The notes under the pieces are model-generated. The model did not search any database. It was given only the letters and a program-made list of their open reading frames with translations, and was not told the DNA's origin. A stretch of 64,000 nt of DNA from an uncultured Actinomycetota bacterium (lineage in GTDB: Bacteria; Actinomycetota; Actinomycetes; Actinomycetales; Microbacteriaceae). The stretch lies in NCBI GenBank assembly GCA_963754635.1, contig CAVWGM010000002.1, positions 127,345-191,344 of the forward strand. Reading direction: 5' to 3'. The first letter of the stretch is position 1. Every line of letters begins with the position of its first letter. The position numbers were made by a program, and so were the translations under genes. Of this stretch, positions 20,446-29,889 are shown in pieces.

Positions 20446-21786
20446 TCACGGAGCGAGGCGCGTGGGGCCCCGGAAGAGGTAAGTGACCTCGCGGATCGAC
20501 GACTCGCCGAGCAGGAGCATGAGCACGCGGGCGAGGCCCATGCCGAACCCGCCGTGCGGCGGGGCGCCGTACCGGAAGAAGTCGAAGTAGAACTCGAGGT
20601 GCTCGGGCTCGAGGCCCTTCTCCCTGGCCTGCTCGATCAGCACGTCGACGCGGTGCTCGCGCTGCGCGCCGGTCGTGATCTCGACGCCCTTGAACAGCAG
20701 GTCGTAGCTCTTGGTGAGCCCGGTCTCCTCGTTGCGCATGTGGTAGAACGCACGGATCTCGGGGTGGTAGTCGGTGATGAAGACGAACTGGTGACCGTAC
20801 GTCTCCTCGACGTATGCCGAGATCTGGCGCTCGCCCTCGGGGTCGAGGTCGCCGTCGGTGCGGGGCACCTCGTAGCCGCGGCTCTTGACGATCTCGAGCG
20901 CCTCGGCCAGCGGGATGCGCGGGAACGGCACCGCCGGCACCTGAATCTCGAGGCCGAACAGCTCCTCGATCTCGGCGCCGTGCTTCTCCTTCACCGCACC
21001 GATCGCGGCGGCGAGGAGCTCCTCCTGCATCGTGGCGACGTCTTCGTGCGAGTCGATCCAGCTGATCTCGGCGTCGATCGAGGTGAACTCGGTCGCGTGG
21101 CGCGAGGTGAACGACGGATCGGCGCGGAACGCGGGGGCGATCTCGAAGATCTTGCCGAAGCCGGCGACCTGGGCCATCTGCTTGAAGAACTGCGGTGACT
21201 GCGCGAGGTACGCGGTCTGGTCGCCGAAGTACTCCAGTTCGAACAGCTCGGCATTGGATTCGGATGCCGTGGCCATGAGCTTCGGCGAGTGCACCTCGAT
21301 GTAGTCGCGCTCGATCCAGTACGAGCGCATCGCGTGCTCGAGCGTGGTCTGCACGCGGAAGATGAGGTTGTTGCGACGCTGACGCAGATCGAGGAAGCGC
21401 CAGTCCATGCGCTTGTCCGGGGCGCTGTCCGCCGCGATCGGGGTTTCGGGCAGGGCTGCCGCCGCGATCTCGAGGCCGGCGATCTTGATCTCGACGCCGC
21501 CGAGCTTGACGCGCTCGTCGTGCTTGAGCTGGCCGGTCACCGTCAGGAAGGTGCCGGTGGCGAGTGCCGAGATCGTGTCGGTGAGGGCGAGGGCCGCGGC
21601 ATCCTGTTCCGAGCCGTCCTCGGCCGGGCGGGTCGCCGGGTTGACCAGCTGCACCGCCCCGGTCTCGTCGCGAAGGATGACGAACTGCACCTTCTTCTGG
21701 TCTCGGACGGTTTCGACCCATCCCGACACGGAGACGGGTCCATCGACGAGACCCTTGAGCTGGTTGACCAGAACGCGTTCACTCAC
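20446..21786 (-). CDS. aspS: Aspartate--tRNA ligase, archaeal/compact type (possibly non-discriminating)
   Basis: N-terminal OB fold plus class II motifs (FRADPSFTSRH, GGFGMGLARV). GTG 21786 (VSERVLVNQLK). The upstream 150 aa of ORF 20446..22245 are low-complexity. Confidence 0.9.
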   Translation of the reverse strand: MSERVLVNQLKGLVDGPVSVSGWVETVRDQKKVQFVILRDETGAVQLVNPATRPAEDGSEQDAAALALTDTISALATGTFLTVTGQLKHDERVKLGGVEIKIAGLEIAAAALPETPIAADSAPDKRMDWRFLDLRQRRNNLIFRVQTTLEHAMRSYWIERDYIEVHSPKLMATASESNAELFELEYFGDQTAYLAQSPQFFKQMAQVAGFGKIFEIAPAFRADPSFTSRHATEFTSIDAEISWIDSHEDVATMQEELLAAAIGAVKEKHGAEIEELFGLEIQVPAVPFPRIPLAEALEIVKSRGYEVPRTDGDLDPEGERQISAYVEETYGHQFVFITDYHPEIRAFYHMRNEETGLTKSYDLLFKGVEITTGAQREHRVDVLIEQAREKGLEPEHLEFYFDFFRYGAPPHGGFGMGLARVLMLLLGESSIREVTYLFRGPTRLAP

Positions 21787-22072
21787 GAGCGACGAGTCTA
21801 CGCGGGCGATGCTGCGTTCCTTTTCGGCGGCCGCGTGCACGAACTCCCTACGAATGCGCAGGGACCGGGCGGCAGGTGGACGATTCCGGGGTTGTCGGAC
21901 CGAGGTACCGCTGATCTTGAGGAGTTCCTGCACGGCGCAGGCCGGGGCCGGGGCCGGCGCACCGGAGGATTCGGGGGTCAGCCCCCAGGAATCGTTCACC
22001 GCGGTTTCGTAGCGTGGAAGGGCCGTGCCCGGCCGGGCTGCGGCATCCCGATCACCGAGAGCGACGCCCCCG

Positions 22073-22777
22073 ATGACCGAAACCTCCCCCGACGGCTCCT
22101 GGCTGTCCGCACTGCTCGACTGGTCCGTCTCGCTGATGGACGTGGTCGGTCCGGCCGGCGCCGGCATCGCCATCGCCCTCGAGAACCTGTTCCCGCCGCT
22201 GCCGAGCGAGGTCGTGCTGCCGATGGCGGGCCTCGCGGCGAGCAACGGCTCGTTCAGCCTCTTCGAGGCACTCGCCTGGACGACGGCGGGCTCGATCGTC
22301 GGCGCCCTGCTGCTCTACGGACTCGGCGCCTGGCTCGGAGTCGACCGGCTGCGCCGCATCGCCGCGCGCGTGCCGCTGCTGCACCCCGAGGACATCGACC
22401 GCACCGTGGGGTGGTTCCACCGCCACGGCGGCAAGGCCGTGTTCTTCGGCCGGATGATCCCGATCTTCCGCAGCCTGATCTCGATCCCCGCCGGGGTCAC
22501 GCGCATGCCGCTGTGGCGTTTCGCGCTGCTCACCGCCGCCGGGAGCCTGGTCTGGAACACGGTGTTCGTGATGGCCGGGTATCTGCTGGGCGAGTCGTGG
22601 CATGTCGTGGAGCAGTACGTCGACGTGCTGCAGTACGTCGTGATCGGGGTCGCCGGTCTCGCGGTCGCCTGGTTCGTGTTCGCCCGCACGCGCTCCCTCG
22701 TCGCGGCATCGCGGCAGCGCAGCGACGAGCCGGCCGAGCAGCCGGAGCTCGAGCTGGACGGCTCGCGCGGTCGCTGA
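22073..22777 (+). CDS. DedA-family membrane protein
   Basis: ENLFPPLPSEVVLP and GRMIPIFRSLISIPAG motifs. GTG 22025 is an alternative start. Confidence 0.85.
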   Translation: MTETSPDGSWLSALLDWSVSLMDVVGPAGAGIAIALENLFPPLPSEVVLPMAGLAASNGSFSLFEALAWTTAGSIVGALLLYGLGAWLGVDRLRRIAARVPLLHPEDIDRTVGWFHRHGGKAVFFGRMIPIFRSLISIPAGVTRMPLWRFALLTAAGSLVWNTVFVMAGYLLGESWHVVEQYVDVLQYVVIGVAGLAVAWFVFARTRSLVAASRQRSDEPAEQPELELDGSRGR

Positions 22778-22819
22778 CGCTCAGCGGCCCCACAGAACCC
22801 GCCGACGTAGACTGGTCGG

Positions 22820-23449
22820 GTGCCCGCCGACCGCCTCCACCTCGTGCGCCATGGCGAGGTGCACAACCCGGGTCGCGTGCTGTACGGGCGCCTTCCCGGG
22901 TTCGGGCTGAGCGTCGACGGCCGCGCGATGACGCGGCAGGCCGCCGAGTACGTGAAGTCGCTCGATCGTCCGGTCACCTCGCTGATCTGCTCGCCGCTGC
23001 AGCGCACTCGCGAATCGGCGGAGCCGTTCACCGAGCTGTTCGGCCTCGAGCCGCAGATCGATGAGCGCGTCATCGAGCCGACCAACGTCTTCGAGGGTCG
23101 TCGCATGGCTCGTGCGCTCGTCAATCCGTGGAACTGGCGACACCTTCGCAAGCCGGCACTGCCCAGCTGGGGCGAGCCCTACGCGGATGTCGTAGGCCGC
23201 ATGAATGCCGCGATGACGCAGGCGTGGGAGGCCGCGGACTCCGGCGATGTCGTGATCGTGTCGCACCAGCTGCCGATCTGGATCACGCATCTCGCCGTCG
23301 CCGCCCTGCCGCTGCGCCACGATCCGCGCGAGCGCCGGTGCGCCCTGTCGAGCGTGACCAGCTTCGAGATGGTCGACAAGAAGTGGACCGAGATCGCCTA
23401 TGCCGAGCCGGCCTCGCTGTCGGGCTCGGTCGACGTGGGAGCAGTGTGA
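22820..23449 (+). CDS. Histidine phosphatase (phosphoglycerate mutase-like) family protein
   Basis: LVRHGE (RHG) motif. Confidence 0.85.
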   Translation: MPADRLHLVRHGEVHNPGRVLYGRLPGFGLSVDGRAMTRQAAEYVKSLDRPVTSLICSPLQRTRESAEPFTELFGLEPQIDERVIEPTNVFEGRRMARALVNPWNWRHLRKPALPSWGEPYADVVGRMNAAMTQAWEAADSGDVVIVSHQLPIWITHLAVAALPLRHDPRERRCALSSVTSFEMVDKKWTEIAYAEPASLSGSVDVGAV

Positions 23450-24123
23450 TGAGATCTTCGAGTCGGCCGCGGGGACGGGCCGCGGCTGGGCCCACGCGCC
23501 CCGAGGCTCGCCGCAGCGCGTCAGCGATGTGGCGACGGGGCGTGGGGACCGCTCTGCTCGTCGTCACGATGATCGGGGGACTCGCGGCCTGCGCGAACGA
23601 CCCGCTGGCCGAGCAGTACCGCGCCGGCGACAACAAGAACTTCATCGCCGCCAACGGCTTCGAGGCCGTCGAGATCCCCGCCGCGGAGCGTTCCGGCCCC
23701 GTCGAGTTCGAGGGCACGACCGAGGACGGCGATGAGGTCGCGAGCGCGGACCTCGCCGGCGATGTCGTGGTCGTGAACTTCTGGTACGCCGCCTGCGGGC
23801 CGTGCCGGGCCGAGGCGCCTGCCCTCGAGGAGGCGCACGCGTCGTTCGAGGGCGACGCGGTGACCTTCCTCGGGATCAACACCAGCGATGCCCCCGAGAC
23901 GGCGGCCGCGTTCGCCGAGAAGTACGGCGTCACGTACCCGAGCCTGATGGCCGCGCGCGACGGCGCGATCAAGCTGGCCTTCGCCGACAAGACGCCGATC
24001 AACGCCACTCCCACGACCCTCGTGCTCGACAAGGAGGGCCGGGTCGCCGCGCGGCTCATCGGCCAGCTCGAGGACGCCTCGATCCTCGAGACGCTGGTGC
24101 GCGAAGCGCTGGAGGAGTCGTGA
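23449..24123 (+). CDS. TlpA/ResA-like thiol-disulfide oxidoreductase lipoprotein
   Basis: Lipobox LAAC, thioredoxin motif WYAACGPC. ATGA overlap with the upstream stop codon. Confidence 0.85.
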   Translation: MRSSSRPRGRAAAGPTRPEARRSASAMWRRGVGTALLVVTMIGGLAACANDPLAEQYRAGDNKNFIAANGFEAVEIPAAERSGPVEFEGTTEDGDEVASADLAGDVVVVNFWYAACGPCRAEAPALEEAHASFEGDAVTFLGINTSDAPETAAAFAEKYGVTYPSLMAARDGAIKLAFADKTPINATPTTLVLDKEGRVAARLIGQLEDASILETLVREALEES

Positions 24124-24968
24124 GCCCAGCGGACCTCGTCGCTGACGGCTCGCTGTTCGTCGCGATCCCGATCGCGGTGCTCGCCGGGCTGCTGTCTTTC
24201 CTGTCGCCGTGCGTCCTGCCTCTCGTGCCGGGCTATCTCGGTTTCATCGGGGGAGCGGTCAGCGTCCGCCCCGGCGATCAGGCGCGCTCGGCGTCGAAGC
24301 GCGGGGTGGTTCCGGCCGATGAAGCCGCAGGGTCTGCCGAGACCGCCGTCTCGCCCGCCGCTTTCACCGGCACTGCTGTCGAGGCGCCGCCGCGCGGGCG
24401 CCTGCTGCTCGGGGTCCTCCTCTTCATCGCCGGGTTCACGCTCGTGTTCGTCAGCGTCGCAATGCTCGGCGGCACTCTCGGCCGATTCTTCATCGAGTAC
24501 GCCGATCTCATCACTCGGGTCCTCGGCGTCGTCATCATCGCCATGGGGCTCGTCTTCATCGGGGTCTTCGGCCTGGCTCAGCGCATCGCGCGCCCGCAGG
24601 TGCGGGGCAACCTCGGCCTCGTCGGCGCGCCGCTGCTCGGCATCGCGCTCGGCATCGGCTGGGCCCCGTGCATCGGCCCGACCCTCACCGTGATCCTCAC
24701 GATGGCCTTCGACTCCGGCTCAGCCGCCCGCGCCGCAGCACTGGGCGTCGCGTACTCACTGGGCCTCGGCATCCCGTTCATCCTGCTCGCCCTCGGCTTC
24801 GGCTGGGCGACGCGGTCCGTGGCCTTCGTCCGCCGCCACATCCGCATCGTCAACATCGTCGGCGGGGCGTTGCTCATCGTCGTCGGACTGCTCATGGTCA
24901 CCGGCATCTGGACCGAGATGATGGCACAGCTGCAGGGGGTGTTCTCCAGTGTCCCGCTCCCGCTCTGA
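24120..24968 (+). CDS. ccdA: Cytochrome c biogenesis thiol-reductant transporter CcdA
   Basis: Conserved Cys motifs SPCVLPLVPGYL and APCIGPTL. GTGA overlap with the upstream stop codon. Confidence 0.9.
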   Translation: MSPADLVADGSLFVAIPIAVLAGLLSFLSPCVLPLVPGYLGFIGGAVSVRPGDQARSASKRGVVPADEAAGSAETAVSPAAFTGTAVEAPPRGRLLLGVLLFIAGFTLVFVSVAMLGGTLGRFFIEYADLITRVLGVVIIAMGLVFIGVFGLAQRIARPQVRGNLGLVGAPLLGIALGIGWAPCIGPTLTVILTMAFDSGSAARAAALGVAYSLGLGIPFILLALGFGWATRSVAFVRRHIRIVNIVGGALLIVVGLLMVTGIWTEMMAQLQGVFSSVPLPL

Positions 24969-26647
24969 GGCCGGCTCGGCGGGCGATCCGCTGCGGCCCT
25001 CCGACCACGCCGACACCGAGGCCTCCGGCGACATCACGAACCCTGCGCTGGGCTTCGTCGGCTGGATGCGCTGGGCCTGGCGGCAGCTCACCTCGATGCG
25101 CACGGCCCTGGTGCTGCTGCTCCTCCTCGCGATCGCCGCAGTCCCCGGCTCGCTCGTGCCGCAGCGCAGCGCCGACCCCAACGGCGTCACGCAGTACTTC
25201 GCCGACAATCCCGACCTCGCCCCGGTCCTCGACGCCCTGAGCATGTTCGACGTGTACGCGTCGCCCTGGTTCTCGGCGATCTACATCCTGCTGTTCATCT
25301 CGCTCATCGGCTGCGTCATCCCGCGCACCGCCCACCACTGGAAGGCCCTCCGGGCTCGGCCGCCGCGCACGCCCGCGCGACTGGCGCGCCTGGACGTGCA
25401 CCGGTCCGAGACCGTCGAGCTCGATTCAGAATCGGATGCCGCGGCCGCGGCATCCGCTGCCATCGAGGCCGCGCAGCAGCAGCTGAAGAAGAGCGGGTAC
25501 CGGGTAGAGCGCTACGACAGCGGGTCCACGCTGTCGGTTTCGGCGGAGCGCGGCTACCTGCGCGAGACGGGAAACCTCGTCTTCCACGGCGCCCTCGTCG
25601 GCGTGCTGCTGGCGGTCGGCATCGGCGGGGGCTTCACCTACACCGGGCAGACGGTGATCATCGAGGGTCGCACCTTCGTCAACACGCTGCTCGACTACAC
25701 CTCGTTCAACCCGGGGCGCTTCGTCGACGGCGACACGCTCGCCCCCTATGCGCTGACCCTCGACCGCTTCGACGTGACCTACCAGCCGCTCGGCGCGCAG
25801 GGGCAGGGGCAGGCGGGGGATTTCGTCGCCAATCTCACCACCCAGCACTCCGGCGGCGAGCCGCAGTCCGGTGAGGTGCGCGTCAACCATCCCCTCGAGA
25901 TGGCGGGGGACCGCATCTACCTCATGGGCAACGGCTACGCTCCGACGCTCACGATCCGCGATCCCGAGGGCGAGATCGTCTTCTCCGAGTCGGTGCCCTT
26001 CCTGCCGCAGGACAACGACATGACTTCGCTCGGCGTCGTCAAGGTTCCCGACGGTCTCGACGATCAGCTGGGGCTCGTCGGCTTCTTCTATCCGACCCAG
26101 GCGCCGCTGCACACCGGGGCCTTCGCCTCGGCCTATCCGGCGCTCGTGAACCCCGTCGTGTCGCTGGACGTGTACGCGGGCGATCTCGGCATCGACGACG
26201 GCACGCCCCGCTCGGTGTACACGCTCGACCCGACCGGGATGGACAAGCTCTCGGGCCGGGGAACCGACGTCGAGTCGATCGAGCTCGCCCCCGGCGACGA
26301 CCGTGGAACTGCCGGGCGGCTACGGCTCGATCACCTTCGAGAACGAGGCGCCGGAGAGCGCCGAGGGCTACGAGGGCTCGGTGAAGAGGTACGTCTCGCT
26401 GTCGATCCATCGGGACGACGCGGCCGGCTGGGTGCTCGCCTTCGCCGTGCTCGCGACGGCCGGGCTGCTCGCGGCGCTGTTCGTGCCACGGCGCCGCCTG
26501 TGGGTGAAGATCACGCCCGGTGACGGCGCGCTGCGCGTGGAGTACGCCGGTCTGGCCCGCGGCGAGGATCCGACGCTCGACGCGGCCGTGTCCCAGCTCG
26601 CACAGCGCCACCTGGCCACCCTCCAGGCCTCCCGAACCCCGACGTAG
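24949..26647 (+). pseudogene. resB: Cytochrome c biogenesis protein ResB/Ccs1; the reading frame is broken near 26285-26302
   Basis: The N-terminal 450 aa are in the frame of ORF 24949..26523. The conserved C-terminus (VELPGGYGSITFE..final TM LAFAVLATAGLLAALFVPRRRLWV) is in the frame of ORF 26303..26647. Confidence 0.8.
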
Positions 26648-26657
26648 ACTGAGGATC

Positions 26658-27701
26658 ATGCCCGAAACGACTGGACTCTCGCTCGACGACGTCTCGGTCC
26701 TGCTGGTGTGGACGGCGATCGCCGTCTACGCGCTGGCCTTCATCGCGTACGCCGTGGACCTGGCACGTCGCGGCGCTGTGGCGGTCGACGCACAGGAGAT
26801 CCGCGAGCGGGAGCTCGTCGGTGCCGGCCGGGCGGGCATCATCGCGTCGCTGACGGCGCAGGAGACGAAGGCGGATGCCGCGCTCAACGCCCCGATCGGG
26901 CAGCGTCAGCGACTGGTCTGGGCGCGCATCGGCACCTCACTCACGGTCCTGGGGTTCCTCTTCCATCTCGCGGGCGACGTCACCCGCGGCATCGCGGCCG
27001 GACGCGTCCCCTGGTCGAACATGTACGAGTTCGCCCTCACCGGCACGCTGCTGATCGTCGCGGTCTACCTCGGCGTGCTGCTGCGCTACGACCTGCGCTT
27101 CCTGGGCACCTTCATCACCGGTCTGGTGGTGGTGCTCCTCGGCGGCGCGACGCTCGCTTTCTACGTCGAGATCGTGCCGCTGATGGATCCGCTGAAGTCG
27201 GTGTGGCTCGTCATCCACGTCTTCGTCGCCTCGCTCGCCACCGCGCTGTTCGCCCTCGCCTTCGGGCTGTCGGTGCTGCAGTTGATGCAGGCGCGGCGCG
27301 AGCACCGGATCGCCGCTGCAGCCGCTGCCGAGGCCGAAGCATCGGCTCCGCGTGGGACCGGACCGCGTTTCCTCGGCACACTGCCCGGCGCCGACGCGCT
27401 CGAGTCGCTGGCCTACCGGTTCGCGATCCTCGGGTTCATCTTCTGGACCTTCACCCTCATCGCCGGGTCCATCTGGGCCAATGACGCGTGGGGCCGGTAC
27501 TGGGGCTTCGACACCAAGGAGGTCTGGACCTTCGTGATCTGGGTGCTCTACGCCGGCTACATCCACGCCCGCGCGACGCGCGGCTGGCGCGGGTCGCGCT
27601 CTGCCTGGCTGTCGATCATCGGCTTCACCGCGGTCATGTTCAACTTCACGATCGTGAACATGTTCTTCAAGGGCCTCCACGCCTACTCCGGCCTCAGCTG
27701 A
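26658..27701 (+). CDS. ccsB: Cytochrome c-type biogenesis protein CcsB/ResC
   Basis: Trp-rich haem-handling motif WGRYWGFDTKEVW and multiple TM segments. Confidence 0.9.
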   Translation: MPETTGLSLDDVSVLLVWTAIAVYALAFIAYAVDLARRGAVAVDAQEIRERELVGAGRAGIIASLTAQETKADAALNAPIGQRQRLVWARIGTSLTVLGFLFHLAGDVTRGIAAGRVPWSNMYEFALTGTLLIVAVYLGVLLRYDLRFLGTFITGLVVVLLGGATLAFYVEIVPLMDPLKSVWLVIHVFVASLATALFALAFGLSVLQLMQARREHRIAAAAAAEAEASAPRGTGPRFLGTLPGADALESLAYRFAILGFIFWTFTLIAGSIWANDAWGRYWGFDTKEVWTFVIWVLYAGYIHARATRGWRGSRSAWLSIIGFTAVMFNFTIVNMFFKGLHAYSGLS

Positions 27702-27828
27702 CGCGCACACCGCGCTGTATGCCGGGTCCGGGATGCGACGGGCCGATAGGTGTGGACTCCACCTCCGGCACCGCTACTTCGCGGTCGGTCGCGCGCCCGC
27801 TCGCTGCGGCCGGGCGCGCCAGTTTCCT

Positions 27829-27860
27829 GCGACCGCTACGTCGCGCGACGTAGCGGTCGC
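27829..27860. terminator. Perfect 32-nt palindrome between convergent ccsB and the YhgE-like gene
   Basis: GCGACCGCTACGTCGC followed directly by GCGACGTAGCGGTCGC, flanked by CAGTTT/AAACTG. Confidence 0.5.
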
Positions 27861-27894
27861 CGCAAACTGCAGCGGTCGTGACGGGCGCGCCCGA

Positions 27895-29889
27895 TCAGGC
27901 CGCGGCGGGGGCGGCCATCAGCAGTGCGTGCGCCGAGGTGGTGCGGCGACGCGCGACGGCGAGCACAGTGGCTCCGAACGAGAGGACCGCCCAGACCGTC
28001 AGACCCGCGAGGGCCGCGCCGACTCCGGCGGACTCGGTGAGCGCGGCCACCATCCCGTTGTACGCGGGCGAGGTGGGCATGAGTCCTGCCAGGCTCGAGA
28101 GAACGCCCGGCACGGTCGAGACCACGCCCGCGGCGACGGCGAGCACGCCGATCAGCGCCGAGCCCCAGCGACCGGCGCCGCCGAAGACGGCGACCAGCGC
28201 CTGGTTCACCGCGGCGAACGCGATGCCCGCGACGACGCTGACGCCGGCGAACGCCCACCACTGACCCCACTCGTACGAGGCGGCCAGTTGCACGACACCT
28301 GCGACGAGGAGGCCCTGCGCGGCGCCGATGGCGGCGCCGGGCGCGAAGGAGCGCAGGGCGAGCAGCGCCGAGGGCTCCCGGGCGGTCAGTGCCCGGCGCG
28401 AGACCGCCTGCAGGGCGATGAAGGTGCCGAGGCCGCCGAACCACAGGGCCAGCATCGACAGCAGCGGAATCGCCGACGCGCCGAACAGTGACGTGCCGAC
28501 GCCGTCCGCGGCGACGGGGTTCGCGACCACGTCGGCGAGGCTCGAGGCCTCCGTGTCGCTGTACGACGGAAGAGCAGTGGATGCCTGATCCAGGCCGTCC
28601 GCGAGCGTCGAGGTGCCATCGGCGATGGCTGCGACGCCGTCGGCGAGCGACGACGCGCCCGTACCGGCCTCATCGAGCCCGCCGGCGAGCTGCGAGGCGC
28701 CCGACGAGAGCTGGCCGGCTCCGGCAGCGGACTGGTCGACGCCGTCCGCGAGCTGCGTGAGCCCGCCTCCGAGGGCTGCGACGTTGCCGGCGATCGTGCG
28801 GAACTGCGCCGCGAACTGAGCGGTGGCGGCGGAGTCGAACTGCGCGAGGCCGTCCCGCGTGGAGGTGGTGAGGAACACCGCCCCCGGGTTCTGAGCGGTG
28901 CCGTTGCCGTTCAGCGCGGCCGACGCGGTGGCGGTGGATACCGCGGCCGCATCGAGCTGTTCGCAGAAGGCCTCGGACTGAGTGCACGTATCCGCGAGGG
29001 TCCGGAGGCTGTCGGATGCCGCCTTCGCTTCCGTGGCTGCGGCGCTCGTCGCGGCTGCGGCGCCACCGGCGACCTGCGTGAGCTGATCCGGCACGAGCCC
29101 CGACGCCTCGAGGTCCGCGGCGCCCTGATTCACGCCGGCTGCCAGCTGCGAGGCGCCGGACGCGGCATCCCGTGTCCCGTTCGCGATCGTGCCGAGCCCG
29201 CTCTGCAGTGCACCGGCGCCGTCAGCCAGGCCGCCGGCGCCGCTCGAGAGCTGAGGGAACCCGTCGGCCAGCGCACGAGCGCCGTCACCGGCCTGCCCGG
29301 CTCCGTCGGCCAGATCATGAGCTCCGGAGGCGGCCTCGCCGAGCTGGTCGCCCAGCGTCGTGAAGCCGAGGAACACGTTCTCGAGGTACACCTGCGACAG
29401 CTGGTCGCCCATGAGGGATGCCGCGGCCGTGGTGACCTGCGCGGTGATGGCGTCGTCGACGATCAGGCTGTCGGGCGGGGTCTGCACCTCGATGGTGGCG
29501 CGTTCCGGCGTCTCTCCGGGTCGGGTCGAGGTCGCGGCGGCCGAGAAGTTCTCGGGGATCGTGATGACGGCGGTGTAGGTGCCGTCGGCAAGGCCTTCTG
29601 CGGCGTCGTCGGCGTTGGAGATGGTCCAGGTCAGGTTGCTCGGCTGCTCGTCCGATCCTTCGACGAGGCCGGCGGTCAGCTGGCGGCCCAGGGGCACGAG
29701 CTGGCCGTCGATGTCGACCGCCTCGTCCTCGTTCACGATCGCGGCCTGCAGGCCGTCGAGGCGCTCGACCGGGTTGTACAGCGCGGCGACGAGGATGCCG
29801 CCGATCACGACGGGAAGCAGCAGCACGCCGATCAGCGTCAGCCAGGTGACGGGCCGGCGCGAGCGCGCGCGTTCGATGTGGAGGGTCAT
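27895..29889 (-). CDS. YhgE/Pip domain-containing membrane protein
   Basis: An N-terminal TM segment, a long extracytoplasmic region with repeated LxxGxxxLxxG helical units, and a C-terminal cluster of five TM segments. Confidence 0.85.
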   Translation of the reverse strand: MTLHIERARSRRPVTWLTLIGVLLLPVVIGGILVAALYNPVERLDGLQAAIVNEDEAVDIDGQLVPLGRQLTAGLVEGSDEQPSNLTWTISNADDAAEGLADGTYTAVITIPENFSAAATSTRPGETPERATIEVQTPPDSLIVDDAITAQVTTAAASLMGDQLSQVYLENVFLGFTTLGDQLGEAASGAHDLADGAGQAGDGARALADGFPQLSSGAGGLADGAGALQSGLGTIANGTRDAASGASQLAAGVNQGAADLEASGLVPDQLTQVAGGAAAATSAAATEAKAASDSLRTLADTCTQSEAFCEQLDAAAVSTATASAALNGNGTAQNPGAVFLTTSTRDGLAQFDSAATAQFAAQFRTIAGNVAALGGGLTQLADGVDQSAAGAGQLSSGASQLAGGLDEAGTGASSLADGVAAIADGTSTLADGLDQASTALPSYSDTEASSLADVVANPVAADGVGTSLFGASAIPLLSMLALWFGGLGTFIALQAVSRRALTAREPSALLALRSFAPGAAIGAAQGLLVAGVVQLAASYEWGQWWAFAGVSVVAGIAFAAVNQALVAVFGGAGRWGSALIGVLAVAAGVVSTVPGVLSSLAGLMPTSPAYNGMVAALTESAGVGAALAGLTVWAVLSFGATVLAVARRRTTSAHALLMAAPAAA

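Noticed and set aside
21787-22072. A possible T-box or other structured leader upstream of aspS. The spacer is ~285 nt, with AGCGGTACCTCGG loosely resembling the T-box GGTGGTACCGCG, a GGGGGCTGACCCCC hairpin containing the Asp codon GAC, and a short GCCGGG repeat at 21941-21958.
   Set aside because: aspS has a TAGACT box only 8 nt upstream of its GTG (21795-21800), the same leaderless layout as about 27 other genes, so most of the spacer is probably not an aspS 5' UTR. The T-box-like segment has CGGT rather than the UGGN needed to pair with the tRNA 3' end. I could not find the other T-box elements. The spacer remains unexplained and could be scanned with Rfam.
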